Source: Setoptus koraiensis (Eukaryota; Animalia; Arthropoda). Taken from it: a DNA stretch of 64,000 nt. The stretch is from positions 22,878,001 through 22,942,000 of the forward strand of contig CM106586.1 in the NCBI GenBank assembly GCA_048013815.1, in the 5' to 3' direction. Below the pieces are notes generated by a model. It saw only the letters and a list, made by a program, of their open reading frames with translations. It searched no databases and was not told where the DNA came from. A program made the translations under genes and the position numbers. Shown here one piece after another: positions 25,301 through 39,563 of this stretch; position 1 is the first letter of the stretch, and every line of letters starts with the position of its first letter.

Positions 25301-27865
25301 TGCCTCTTGTCCAATTCTATTCGAACCTCAATTTTTTTACCTAGGTTGTAGTATTACATGCATTATTAGCTGTTGTGCATGATCATGCCTAGTTGATTCA
25401 AAACGACTATAGCTAAACTATCGAAAATCTGGCTGACGATTGAGAGACATCCGCTGGTTCGGATTCAAGAAATGACCATTTCGGCATCTTAAAATATCGC
25501 AGAAGCGAAAAAATGATATTCTTTAGTTGTCATCTCGCTTTCATAATACATTCAGCTTCTTAATACATCAGCTCAGGTTTCTACTAGGAGTGTTTTGCAA
25601 CGAGATGTAACAACTGAATTTGTAAATCTCACTTGACTTGGGAAAGGAAAATATGTCAACGGAAGAAGTCAACTGTAGATGCGTAACAGAGGCATCCTCT
25701 GTTGTACTAACAATTCTCCACTACTAAAGCTAACAATTGTAGGCCAATTAAATGTCATTATAAAGACGAGAGAAATAATAAGAATGCACACAATAATCGT
25801 CTATTCGCATTGCTATAAACTTGATACTGTTTATCACTGCAATCTTACCCAATCGAACAGACAATATTTAGTCAATGAACAGAAGTCGAGCCGTGCACGC
25901 GTTTGTTGAACGACTTCGATTCGATTCCGACTTGTCAATTAATGGTTAGTGTTCTTGTCGACTATTGACCATCACAGTGCCTAGTATATACTCAGATAGG
26001 TGAGGCCGATCCACTGAAATATCGATAGGTCCCCATGCGAAAGTATCGAAAGTGATCTGGGTTCGTTTTAGTTGGTTGAACCCAGAGAGTAGAACTGGGT
26101 GTGCGTGTGTGTGTGTCAGAGAGAGAGGCGGGGGGGGGGAAAGCCTGCACTTTACGCAACTTGAGCTTTATGAATTGTGTTAAATGAGCCTTTGAATTGA
26201 CAAGGGTGGCAGCGGTTAATCTTGAACGAACACAAAGTACATAACAGGGCGCGTGTAAATAGTAAGTGTGATACCGAGAGACACTTTGACCAACCTGATT
26301 GCGCAAGTAATGACCATTGGGAAGTGATTGGAAAGTGGCCAGTATATGAGCAAAAGAAGAGGGCACGTTCTTCTGAGTAGCTAGCGATAACTTACAAGCT
26401 ACACACGTGTGCAAGAACGATATTAGGCAAACTAGCTTCGGAGAGAGAGAGAGAGAGAGAGGGAGATGTTGTTAGCGGGCGCACGTTGCGGAGCTTGTTA
26501 AGAGCACTATTATACAACTCTTGATCATTCCTGGTTGTAGGCCTTGCTCAGTCAAGGCAGGGATAAACATAACTATTTACTTCACCATTAGTAGCGGTGA
26601 CTAACCAAGCGTGGACACACTTACTTATATAACTCAACAGTTTGTTGCACGGTTACACCGACAAGCCGGTTCATACACTACCTTTTCTGGGAAGGCTTCT
26701 GGGTCGTAGCAACCTATCAGCCTGTCTATCTGTTTGTCTTGCGTTGGAGAATGAATATTGTTCGTGCGAGTCTCCGCAAAATTGTTTCAATCATTACGAA
26801 CACATCACAACAATAGGCGGCACTAACAATAACGTGCGCTGGCTCACCATCACATTTATCTGCACATGGTCTTGATACATCGCACAACACATAAAATGGG
26901 ACTAGCGGTCAATATTTAAGTATAATATAAATGTAATGATTGCGTAACCACCAACGTTGCAGTTAGCGGGGGGAACGGCTTTTAGTTCTAGATAGTCGCG
27001 CCACTGGTGTCGGTTTAGCTAACTGAAAAGACTCACAGTTTGTGTGTCAGGCACCACAATTCGGACATCCTTTATACAATGCGCATTTTTGCTTATGCCT
27101 GTCCGATCGCTTTTTATTCCTCCGACAGGGGCGCAGACGGCGCGGTAGATTGCATGACGAATGCATCTAGAGTGATTCGTTAAAGGATTTGTGCGCCCAC
27201 GCATGGACTATGAGGGGAAAAGCGAATGAGATTTTTACACGCAAAGGGGGGTCGCGCTTTCGAAACTCCCATGAAGGAACGTGAGCAATTCCCGTCTCGC
27301 GCAACAATGTGCACTATGTGTAGCGCGTTGCGACCTAGCGACCAGCGCGTGAGAGTGGTGCAAACGCGGAGCAACAAACAAGGAGAGTTCACTGTAGTGC
27401 ACACACACACGCACACACACACACACACACACACTCCTAAGCTTAGCAACATTACCAGACAGAGAGAGTGTGTGTGTGTGTGTGTGTGTTTGTGTCACAA
27501 TGCACAGACTCGTTAGTTGGTTGGCGCAAGCAAATCGGGTGGTGCTAAAACTGGTGCTGGTGCTCGTGTAAGCGGCGCCTCTGTATTCACCACAATCCAA
27601 CTTACACACGCACATAGCGACGCTCACTGATGCTGTGTGTGTTGTCGTTGGAATGCCAAGTCCATGCTGAGGCCCAGCTCCATTTCATCAAGCAAAGGAG
27701 ATCATCTTGTGTCTAGTGCGCACATCTTGGCACCTATTGTGCGCACACGCTCATGCAAACGGACTAACTAACGAACGGGCAAGTATAGTTGCGTAATATT
27801 CTTTGACAATCGGGCACACGCACACGCACACAAACGGTACTCGCACTGAGTCTGACAGTGTGTGT

Positions 27866-27903
<38 letters not shown>

Positions 27904-28151
27904 CAATAAAGAAATAGGAGGAGAAGCTGAACATGCATAGCAGTAACGTATGGCAGCCGCTACTAGCTACTTGCGTGCTGTTGGTTGCGGTAGTGATGGT
28001 GCTGCTGCTGCTATTGCCGTAAATGAGACATGAAGAAGCGAACGACGACGTACAAAACTGACGCACACACACACAAACACACTAGAACACACACACACAC
28101 AGACGCGCACACACACATACTAGCACTAACACTGGTACAAAACACACGCAC

Positions 28152-28189
<38 letters not shown>

Positions 28190-28469
28190 GGACTCGCATA
28201 GAGCAGGGCCGTGGTGGTGCTAGTAGTGCTGCTGTTGATGTTGCAGTTGTTCACGATAATGATGATGGTGGTGACGATGATCGGAAAGAAAGGAATGTTT
28301 TGCTAGCTTGTTAGATCATAGGGTGAAAAAGATACTGTTATTAGAGAACTTTATCATTAGGAATTTTAGGATCTCATTCACCTCATTAGTAAATATCTAA
28401 CCAGATATCCAACCCTCATTTATATCAGCAGCAAACACACGAGCATACATATTTGATTGTGTCTATATA

Positions 28470-28536
28470 CGTATACCTACACATATTTATATATACTCAA
28501 ATATATATAAATATATACATACACATATATATACAT

Positions 28537-28584
<48 letters not shown>

Positions 28585-28662
28585 ATATTTACATTTAATA
28601 TATACATATTTTATATGTGTATATACACACACACACACACTCACATAAGACACACACACACA
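28470..28662. repeat. Compound (TA)n/(CA)n microsatellite
   Basis: Directly visible. Confidence 0.95.
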
Positions 28663-29502
28663 CTCATCTACTCATTATTCAACGATCTATGCAGATTGTA
28701 ATTTCTGTAATTATTAATCAATTGTAAGCAAACACACTAACATCAACAATATTATTACCGACTCAAATTATTATTACTATCACCTCAATTAACATATTAT
28801 TATCAGCGCGGAGTGAAACGGAAACCAAAAATATTCAATTTTATCACAAACTATTCACTTCCATTAATATTAGTGCTAGATCCACGTAACACTAATGAGA
28901 GCAACTATTATTATTACCTATATTATTACCAATACGGAAAAATTCGTCACGAAAAGGAATAGGAAACACTAGTAGCACACACGCTAGAAATTTATACCCT
29001 TATTTGCAACCGCCGATTATCGTCACTATCGCCATTACTGAACCTAATTATAAGAGAACAAACAAGTATTACCGTATTCCTCTTTAGCATTTATCGGAAT
29101 TTGAAAAGTTTTCCTAACCAATGAAATAGAATTATCATATTTATTATTACCACTATTATCACGTAGAAACATACAACAGTATCATATTTTGAATCAATAA
29201 GTTATCAACAGGACATTCATCGATAAACAAGAGAATTCTTATCGGCGAGCCTTCTTCAACATCCACCAATCGTCTATCCAAGAATTCACATTTCCCGCTC
29301 AAATCGACCAAGATAGCATGCGCAAGAAGATATTTTCGCGTTCGAGCTAGTTTTTACTTTCCCTGTAAATGAATTAACAAATTTATATATAAATATATAT
29401 ATAGTATATTTATCTATATATATATCCATATATATATATATACACACACACCTACACACATCTATATATATATAAATCAAAGTTTAGAAGAAACCATTCA
29501 AT

Positions 29503-30522
29503 ATGAACAACGAGCCTCTGAATCAAGAGGCCGAAAGGCTAAAAAATATCATCCGCGATGCTCGTAAAAGCGCCAATGATATCAATTTAATTCAGGCCAC
29601 CGCCAATATGGAACCAGTAGGTAGGATTCAAATGAGAGCAAGAAGAACACTTAGGGGTCACCTGGCCAAAATATATGCCATGCACTGGGGAGTGGATTCA
29701 AGATATTTAGTTTCAGCGTCACAAGATGGTAAATTAATCGTTTGGGATGCCTACACAACAAACAAAGTACACGCCATTCCTCTAAGATCATCATGGGTTA
29801 TGACCTGTGCCTATGCTCCTAGCGGGTCATTTGTGGCATGCGGTGGTCTAGACAACATCTGCTCCATTTATAGTCTTAAGACGCGAGAAGGTAATGTTCG
29901 CGTTAGTAGGGAATTAGCTGGTCACACAGGATATTTATCATGCTGCCGATTTATAGACGACAACCAGATAGTTACATCCTCTGGTGATATGACGTGCGCG
30001 TTATGGGACATAGAAACCGGTCAACAGATAACATCATTTACGGGTCATACAGGTGACGTAATGTCCTTATCGTTATCGCCAGACGCTAGGACGTTTGTTT
30101 CTGGAGCGTGTGACGCATCAGCCAAATTATGGGACATTAGAGATGGTATATGTAAGCAAACTTTTCCTGGTCATGAGAGCGATATAAATGCAGTGACATT
30201 TTTCCCAAATGGTTACGCGTTTGGAACTGGATCTGATGATGCAACGTGTCGATTGTTCGACATTCGAGCCGATCAAGAATTGGCTCTTTACTCGCACGAT
30301 AATATTATATGCGGTATTACATCTGTAGCATTTTCAAAGAGTGGCCGGCTATTATTGGCCGGTTACGACGATTTTAACTGTAATATATGGGATTCTATGA
30401 AGGCCGAAAGAGCAGGAGTGTTAGCTGGTCACGACAACCGAGTGAGTTGTTTGGGTGTTACGGACGATGGAATGGCCGTAGCAACAGGATCTTGGGATAG
30501 TTTCTTGAAAATATGGAATTGA
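29503..30522 (+). CDS. GNB1: Heterotrimeric G protein beta subunit (Gbeta13F/GNB1 type), intronless, 339 aa
   Basis: N-terminal coiled coil, then [15 protein letters not shown] and seven WD40 repeats, ending [11 protein letters not shown]. Confidence 0.97.
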   Translation: MNNEPLNQEAERLKNIIRDARKSANDINLIQATANMEPVGRIQMRARRTLRGHLAKIYAMHWGVDSRYLVSASQDGKLIVWDAYTTNKVHAIPLRSSWVMTCAYAPSGSFVACGGLDNICSIYSLKTREGNVRVSRELAGHTGYLSCCRFIDDNQIVTSSGDMTCALWDIETGQQITSFTGHTGDVMSLSLSPDARTFVSGACDASAKLWDIRDGICKQTFPGHESDINAVTFFPNGYAFGTGSDDATCRLFDIRADQELALYSHDNIICGITSVAFSKSGRLLLAGYDDFNCNIWDSMKAERAGVLAGHDNRVSCLGVTDDGMAVATGSWDSFLKIWN

Positions 30523-30960
30523 TCAAAGATACATAATAAAGACAATATAGACACCACTTATTCACCCTAAATCACACAACAGAAGCAAGAGTTTTTTCAA
30601 GATTAACAAACAAAATTATTGTATAAATTATATATGCTTGATTGCATTTATGATTATGTAAAGTAACATATATATATATATCATATATATTCAATATATA
30701 TGTATATCTGTATAATATATATATATAAAAATATATATATATAAATTTTCAGCAGATAACATTTCACGCATTTGAATAATCAACAATGTGGATTTTTACT
30801 TCAACCCTTTTCCTAGTTAACGTCCTCTTCTAGTGACTGAGTAACTATAACTTTTGTAGATACTTTTCATAAATATAAGATTTCCCATTCGTGAATTGGC
30901 TGGCAGCATTTCTGTGTTTTCTCACTCTACGAGGTATTGTCCACGAGATGTTTTCTTTTC

Positions 30961-31825
30961 TTATCCGTGATGTTTCTTCTTTTTGTCATACTGGTTTGGT
31001 GATGGATAGTAAGAGTATTAGTAAGATTACATAGTGGAAAGTTTGTGTCTGTATTTTTTTTTTCTGATACTTACATGGTTGTAGTCCCACAAGTGAACAC
31101 CCTTGCCCTTTTTGTCGTGCCATTTTACCTTTGTTCTGAAATGATTGAGCGAACGAATGATTGATACGAGTTGGAGCTTGTTAGTATGGACCATTTTGTT
31201 TGAGTGTTATCAAAATGATTTTAGTGCAGTTGTATTCTTACTTGAAATGGGGTCCTTTTCCGTGCTCATGTCTTTCGACTGCATTAGTGTTGGAGCAATA
31301 CATTCAATTATATCAGATGTGATTAGTCAGAGATTCTCAATTCACATTGTTGAGTTGAGAGATTTACTATCTTGACTTACTTGTATGCTTATGATTGCCT
31401 CTTTTGTAACCGAATTTCCACGCCTTTTTGTGTGGAACCTCACGATACTCATAGTATTTTCCATGCGGTTGATGATGCTTATGATGATGACCAGCGGCCG
31501 CACTTAAATCACCTGCCTGATGATGACTGGCCGAAGTTTGCAAAGAGACCTGCGAAGGAGATTGGCTGATAGGTCCACTCCTTGCTGGTGATAGGTATGA
31601 TTGTGATTGATAGACATTAGAAGCTAGTTGTTGTTGTGGGATCATTGACATGGGCACCATTTGATTGTTGTTCATTGATGGACTTGTGCTTAGATCTGTC
31701 GATTTTCCATCTGAGCTCTTTGATATTGTTGCTGTTAGTTTGTTGTTAGTTTTTGTTGCTGATACTGATAATGCGACCAACAATATTGTGGCCAATATTA
31801 GCGTTAACTGGAGTAGAAAGAACAT
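30961..31825 (-). CDS. Uncharacterised secreted His/Lys-rich protein; exons 31825-31381, 31278-31242, 31135-31075, 30990-30961 (190 aa)
   Basis: Signal peptide MFFLLQLTLILATILLVALSVSA. Three GT-AG introns (102, 106, 84 nt) with matching phases 1, 2, 0 give a continuous C-terminus: KKAWKFGYKRGNHKHTIERHEHGKGPHFKTKVKWHDKKGKGVHLWDYNHYDKKKKHHG-stop. Confidence 0.8.
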
Positions 31826-32336
31826 ATTTAATGAGTTTTCATTAGAAGTGAGAATAATAAAAGATAAGATGATTTTCTTATAGTTTCTGGCATATTTCTC
31901 AATCTCACCTGCCTAGCTGAAGGCATCATGAAAATTTTCATATATATAAATAAATCACTATGTTGTTTAGAGTTGCTGTTGTAACTACTGATGAAATACT
32001 AGACAATTTGAGGATGTTGATTCATCGTCATCCATACACAAAAGAATTATTCGACTTGCATTATACTACCTTTATATATGACCTATAAGATGTTATCAAT
32101 AAGCAAGAATTTATTATATAACCGCCCCACAGATAAGCACAGTTTCAGAAGAAACGGCGATGATGATTCTAATTTAATTAGTTGCTTGTTGTCGAGTGTT
32201 TAGATAGAAGAAATAGTGAACAACAAGTAGTTCTTCTGCAAATATTGGAGGTGTGTCTAACTAGTGCATTGTGTGTTATGGTCAGCGAAATACATTACTG
32301 TATGATTATTGAATTAGAATTCTTTGGTGAGAAAGT

Positions 32337-32489
<153 letters not shown>

Positions 32490-33440
32490 GGGAGAATACG
32501 ATCGGTAGTTGATAGATAATACTTAAGTAGCAGTAGCAGTAGTTCTAGTTCTAGTGCTAGTGATTGGTGCTGTTGAATAGTAGCGAAGGTAACAGTGAAT
32601 TATAGATGATGGCTGTGAACATTCGAACTTGTGATCTTTTCAAGTGTAAAACGTCAAGTTTTTCTCCCCACTTTCAATGTGATCTATTAGATCGAGAAAT
32701 CGTGAAGTAGTTGGTACCTTATTGTTGGGGATTGGTACGAAATGGAGAATTAATCTCTTCTCTTCTTTTCTCTCCCTCTCTCTTTCCGTCACTGCTAACT
32801 CTATCTGGGTTTGATCCAGATGTACCAGTTTCAAACAGAGTGAGAGCACTTGAATTAGTTAATTCTATAGTTTTGCGATGTCTTCTCAAGTGATAATGAG
32901 TTTCAAGTTGTCATCTGACATAATTTGGATTGTGTCGAGTAACATCCAAGCTATCAAACTAAACTAGTAGTTTTTATTGTTGTTCCTGAACTACTGTTCG
33001 TGAACAAAATCATGATCATTGCTTGTAGATACCAACGGACATATAGAAGATTCAATCTCCTAGATTATACCCTTTACAATTTGCCGCCACCATTGTCATA
33101 GTGTCGTCTCACTCACAATAGATAATGTGCCTATGTGTAACAAAAAGATTTTTAATGAGAAAAAAAAGGAAATAATGATAGCTTTCAATTGAAGGTGATT
33201 TGGCAGACCGAAGTTAGTGTAGCCGCTGATGCTCAGTGTGGTGCATGCGTCAAACTAACTTTACAACAAGGTGAATATAAAGGAATAAAAAAAAGTAGCC
33301 GATACAACCGACCAATTACTATCCACTATACTAGTATGGTAGTTAAGGCATACAGTAACTACAGAGTAAAAGATTCTGAAACTGAGGGATGTTATGTGAG
33401 ATTGTCACAAAAAAGATGTGGTCAACAGTGATAGTTTAGT

Positions 33441-36400
33441 TTATTCAATGTCTATCTTGACAAGTAAAGCGGATAGTTCCATTTCTTCGCTGTATTCGTT
33501 CATTAAAGGAACACTCTTGATACCTTTCTTACATAAGCAACTAACTGGATATGTCCCATGACCGAGAAATCGTGCATCTCCGAAAACATCTTCGTCGTAA
33601 ACTACAATTCGTAAAAAGGCCAGATCTTTACAATGTATGATAAAGCTGAATGTCTCATTCCATACTGGGTTCAATCCGTTATCTCTAATTGTGTTGGTTT
33701 TACGTTTTGTTTGATCAGCGTCGATACCAGCAATCTCAATCTCTACATAAGGACTTACATAACCCCGACTAGTGTCTCTACCGAGATGCCGTCCAGATAT
33801 AATGGTCAAGGTCAAGGATATTGTAGGACGATCAATAGTTGTCGGGTCATAAGGATCGAATTTTATCGATGATTGGGGTCGATCAAACATGAAATCTGGT
33901 CTAAGAACGTAACCACTAGATTGATTTTGACGAAATTTAGCTTGATTGATTTGCATTGCCCTATCTGGTGTCTGATAATTGAGAGCTGCCATCTGAACAC
34001 CACAATTCCAAAATCTTATTGGATCAAAGTTCGACGATTTCGCTCTTAGACCCTTCGGATAAACCCTAGTAAACTGCTTTTGGTGATATCGTAACATGTA
34101 GTTGCATTCTGTGGGTGATATCCATTTTTCTGCTTTATGCTCGGCGAACGATGACATTTCAGAGAAGTTTCCTATTTTTTCTTTGGCAAATGGCACCGAA
34201 CGACAGTAAACTATTAGATTAGATAATTCTTTAGCGATTCGCATCGTCCTCTCTAATTTTTGACTCTTGAAATTTTTATCACTTGCTGCCTGTGCCAACC
34301 TTCTGATCACATCGATCCATTCTTGTCGTTCTTCTCGCTTTGACGCAGCTACCTCCAAAATATTCAAAGTATTCGATATTGTGGGCGAAGCTATACTAAA
34401 CACAAATCTATCACTGTTTGACTTAGAATTGACAACTTCTACTTGCGTAGAGGCATGGATATCTATACTATTCCACTTTATACCATCATCTGATTGAAAA
34501 GTATCCATACTATCTTGAGAGTTAGAGTCGCTCCAGTCTTGATCGAACGCTTTCTCAAATAGTTTTCGATTAAGTGATCCTAACAAGAAGAAAAAAAAAC
34601 AATTATAGTTGAATAACCGGCAATTGTTAGATTTCTAGATCCGAATGATTCGAGTTGAGAATTGAGTTTTTAACGTATGTATTAGCAATATACAGGCTAT
34701 ACTTAACAGTCTTGATCTTCATCAACCATTAAACTCACCTGTATAATCTAAACTCCTATGTTTACTACAGTTCCACCAGTTGCAACTATGATTGTGAGGT
34801 CTGCTCGTCCTCGGCCTTCCATCAGAACCAGCCATTGAGAGAAATTCGTCGTCAATTTCTAGATATTGATAAGCATCTGCATTCGTGTTAAGGGTTTGCG
34901 CTTTGATTGGGCACAAAAATGAGCCTGGATCTTGGTTTGAACATAACAGTGAGTAACATAACTTGAGCAAAGTAACTTTAGGTGTACTCGACATAAATTT
35001 CATGACAGAACCAACCATATGACTGGGGCTAGCTTCCATTGATGTTTTTTTGTGTTGCGACAAAGTTGTGGGGATTATAAAAAGTTTCTCAATCAGTTCC
35101 TTGGAGATCGGATGCTTGAGTTTGGTGCGCCGATAGAGATTATTCTTCTTATAATGATCAACTAATTCCACTAGAGTATTAAATTTATCAAACATACCAA
35201 CTAAATAAGCATTACGTTCTAACTTGATCCTGCAATGCCTAATTAACTGGCCACTGACGAAAGACAATGAGTAGTAGTCTTTTTCTGTTTCCGAAACTCT
35301 CACCAAAAATGCACCACTGATGCGAAACTTTCTTAGAATTTCTTCGGCATCAACACGGCTCATATCACCAAAAAACCAATCTTTACTCATGTGAGCGCTT
35401 TTGAGCAGATTCTGTTGAGTGATGGGTTCTTTTAAATTTTGAGCAATACCGTGAGCGCGCATTGTGTTTGCCTGATAATAAGCAATCAAAGCACTTATAC
35501 TATCAAAGGTAATTTGTTTTGAAAGATAAAACCTTGTCCGCCCCGAACTGTTTGTTAGGCTATTGATTTTTAAGTGATGAATTCTACCTTGATGCAGAAA
35601 TGATATCGAGTAGTCTTCGGCAAAAGTATCGCTTCTTCGGACCAAAAAAGTACCATCGCCCATGTGAGCATGTTCTTCCAAGAGTAACTTTTCAGCTTCG
35701 CACCTATTCTTCACTATCTCACCCTCAAACCAAGTTACAATTGATCTTTTAGGGTTGACAATATCATCTTCGTCCTTATTTCCAGGCAAAGAAAAATCTC
35801 CAGAGTCATTACTCTGCTGATGTTGTAACTTCTTATGTGCCATGAGAGTTAAAACTTCATCAGAGGCTTCCTCCTCGGGTTCAGCATTGGCTTGATTATT
35901 CTCTATATCTTCTATATAAAATAACTTATCCTGACTTAGAATGAAAAATTTCGAAGACCAATCATCTTCGAAGTTTTCGTGCTGAATGGATAAGAAACCT
36001 TTCTTAATAAATCCATTCGAATCATCAGACATAAACTCAGTTTGAATTCCCTTATTGAGACTCTGACCATTTATACCAGTGAGCTCCAATGACAGAGAGT
36101 CATCATCGGGTAACTTTTTATGCTTGATAATAATTTTACCTCTTAGTTCCTGAGGTGAAGGCATGTTTACTAGGGATGGCTCCAGTTGACCTTTCACTAA
36201 CATGTTTTGGAAGATGGAGGTGAATGCTTCCGCCATCTTCCGTTGTTGGTCTAAAGAACAGTGATTTTCAACGGACAAGATTACAGGATATGTGCTAGCT
36301 TCAAAGGCATGATCACGAATAGTCATGAGGACGTCGCAGAATTTGATTTTAGTTGTGGCAGTGTGGCCATGATAAATTATAGGCATACCATCGGGGCCAT

Positions 36401-37613
36401 CCCAGCAGTCGATCTCGATGCACCTACAACCCATGCGGAGGGCGCGAGCATATGCATCGCTCGATGATTGGCTCATTATTTGATCTCCTGTTAGATAAGT
36501 GTTATGAGATGATGCAATCCAATAATGACTTAGTGGCCTGGACATGTCATCTTGCATTTCGTCATTCATTCGATCCCAAATAGAGTTTTCGACTGAATAG
36601 AGAAAATCTATAAATTCCGACTCAGTTATTGTAAAATCTTTCAGGGAAAAATCGTAAGATCCACATAATGATTGTTTGGCCAACGAGAAATAATATAGTA
36701 GGTCTTGGTCGTTTAAAGAGTTAAGTCCGTTTTCTTGTTTCAGGAAGTTGTGAACGTCGATGAAGGTCAATCCACCAGAATAAGCTCCTTCATAGTTTCT
36801 ACTACTTAATGAGTTATTATTTGATACTAATATTTCAGGTAAAGCTTTCATTATATCATTAGTACACAATTCAACTAGGCGATGATGTAGATTACAAAAT
36901 AATTCAAAGTCGATCCATTGATCAGATCGATGGTTGAAGCCAGACTCTAATGAGGCAAGTTGTTCACGTATTTGTCTTGTTGGTATTTTGAAATTGAGCC
37001 TCGATAAGAAACTCTTGAGATCTTTGACAGTAATACGCAAACTATCTATAGTGTAGGCACGATTAGTGTGAGTACGATTGTTTATGATTGGACTGTTTGA
37101 TGACTGAGGATTACTTGTCAGATATTGAGAGGAGCATGATGCGATTATCTGGAATTGCTTTGTTAACCAGCGATTCACCTTGACAGGATATATCATCGAG
37201 GACACGATCTTACTAACTAAAAGTTTGACCCTCTCAACCCATATTTTTCTTTCTTTTTCACAACTTGCGACGCAAGCTAGTTCTTTGAGGACAAATTTAT
37301 CGCCATATAGTACCATGAAGCATTGCTGGTCTTCCCACTTGGAGCTTTCTTCAGGTAATTGTTCAAAAATCGAGTGTGATTTGCCATACCGTACTTCTTT
37401 TATGAGTCGCAAATCTATGCGTCCCTCTATATTGTTCCAATCAAAAGTTGCTTGAGGTGTAAGCTGCTTCGACCAAATTATCTCTCCTGTTTCTAAACTG
37501 ATATAAAATATCCGTCTGTCTGGTCTTACTTTTCTATGCCATCTGACTAGATTAATTCCTCTCTCGAGAGAGTCGTCAATAGTGATGTTTCTGATAGTTT
37601 CGATACGTGTCAT
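33441..37613 (-). CDS. sl: Phospholipase C-gamma (small wing orthologue); exons 37613-34739, 34579-33441 (about 1337 aa)
   Basis: Domain order PH, EF, X-box (PLSHYWIASSHNTYLTGDQ..GCRCIEIDCWDG), split PH, two SH2 (FLVRRS, FLVRVS), Y-box (ELSNLIVYC..RVYPKG..SSNFDP..QMAALNYQT), C2. One phase 1-1 intron, 34738-34580. The start could extend upstream. Confidence 0.93.
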
Positions 37614-39522
37614 CCCGAATGGTTTCTCGATAATATACAAAGTTAATTGCAGTATATAAATATGTCTGATTATTCAAGCGATATTAATATCATGTTCAGA
37701 AATATGTGGATTTGCAGTAAATTGTTAAATTGATGCTTAGAAGATAATATGAATTTAACTAAAGCTTTTGAACAATTTTGGTGAGTATTTACAATAATAA
37801 TATTAAATAGTTTACGATCTTGGATTTCGTTTTCTGAAGTTAAGTATTCAGGATACTCCAAATATACTTCTTTAAGGGTAAAGATGCCCCAAGTAAAAGT
37901 GACGAACTATTGGATCATCCTCCCGATACATTGCTATAGGCACCAGTTGACATCAACTGCCGGTAGCTTGATTTAAAGCGCATAAAAAGTTGATAGATTG
38001 TTCGTGTCGTGTGAAGGTCTAATTACATATAAATACGTGTAGTTTTTATGGTGCTTGTTAACGAGTTACGAACAAAAAATTGGGATTTTCTTAATTATAT
38101 CTAATAGTAATCAAAGCTGCAGTATGAGGTGGCTTGTTTTAGTTTCGCACCCCAATGTGATATTTAATGAAACTTGTGCAGTATGTTGATTAAAGTTTGA
38201 GAAAATTTTGAGTTGAGAGTTTATCCCATAAATTATCTTATTTGCAATCTAGATCATCCAATTAGAGTTCATGATGGATATTAGTCATTCGCGCTTCTTG
38301 TTCAGCGCTCGATTGTTCAAAAAGTGGATGGTGAATATTTCAACAATTGTTCTTATTGGTAGAACCTCGCTGATGGCTACTAGGCTCTCAACTCGGAAGT
38401 TGTAGTTTCTTGTTTTGTTGACTGAGTATTATTACTTTGCTGCGCTTTAGTTGATATCAGCTGGTATATATTAGCCACCTGTTCATCTTTGCCTGGAGTG
38501 TTGACAATGATATTGAATTTTGTTTTCTTTGCAGGCGATCGCTAAAGAAGGTTACAGTTGAGGTGATAGATGCTAATGGCCCAAAGATAATGATCAATGG
38601 CCTAATTCTCTTCCGTCTTGCGTTCCCTTTCAACAACAAAATGTTGACTTTGGGCTGAACTTTGAATTGATATAAATCTAACACAGAACAACTAACATTA
38701 CTACCAACGATGATATTCAGCTATTCGATGTTGCCTGCTGGCTAGATTGCGTCTGCCAGTAAGTATGTATTCTCAATCGAAGTGGGCAATAGGTAAATAG
38801 AATAAAAAGTTGCCTTGGTGGCTCAATGTTATATAACAAAATGGTTGTCGACTTGATGGATAAAGTTGAACTAAATAGTGGCGGCAGCAGTGGCATCTTC
38901 GTTATCTAACCATAGTTGAGCCATTTTCTCCAATGGCCAGACGGGCTCAAGTAAATATCACGATATATAAACAAGAACCATTGTAGATTACTAATCAAGA
39001 GAGTTTCATCTGTTGCTTGAGTCTAAGCTAGTTAGTCAAAGTAATGCTGTTGGCGCTGTTGCTGGTGCTGCTGTTTATGTGGTTATTAATGCTTCAAGTT
39101 TTACCAAGATCATTTTTTCAAGTCTATGCTGAATACAAGTGTATTTCGTTTCGCAACAAGTATATTAATGTGGTGTGATGCTTAGATGCGGTCGCGTATG
39201 GCATTTACTTTTCGATCTCATGGCTGTCAAGGCATTGATGAATCGCCATCATTCGTCGTCGTCGTCGTCGTTGTCGTCGTTCAAGTAAAGACAAGATTAG
39301 TAGTATGGTTATTTAGTAAGTAAAAATTTGATCGTTCGCAGACTTCTCTAGAGTATTTGTTGTTACTCATGTGCATCAACTGTAGCAAGTGTTAGATCTG
39401 TTGATCGCCATCATATGAATACATTATTATTATTGTTTGTTATTATAGTTGTCTATTATGTAATAGTATAGTGGTTGTTCTTTCCTCTTTTTACTCTTTT
39501 CCTTCTCCCTCTCCATCTCTTC

Positions 39523-39525
<3 letters not shown>

Positions 39526-39561
<36 letters not shown>

Positions 39562-39563
39562 TC
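39526..39563. repeat. (CT)n microsatellite
   Basis: Directly visible. Confidence 0.9.

Noticed and set aside
19626-28701. Many 60-160 aa ORFs rich in VC, HT or IY dipeptides
   Set aside because: They are stop-free because they run through dinucleotide microsatellites, and show no recognisable domains or consistent exon chain.
28873-28890. CTAGATCCAC, resembling part of miR-279
   Set aside because: The seed does not match and there is only a 7-bp stem, so no precursor hairpin.
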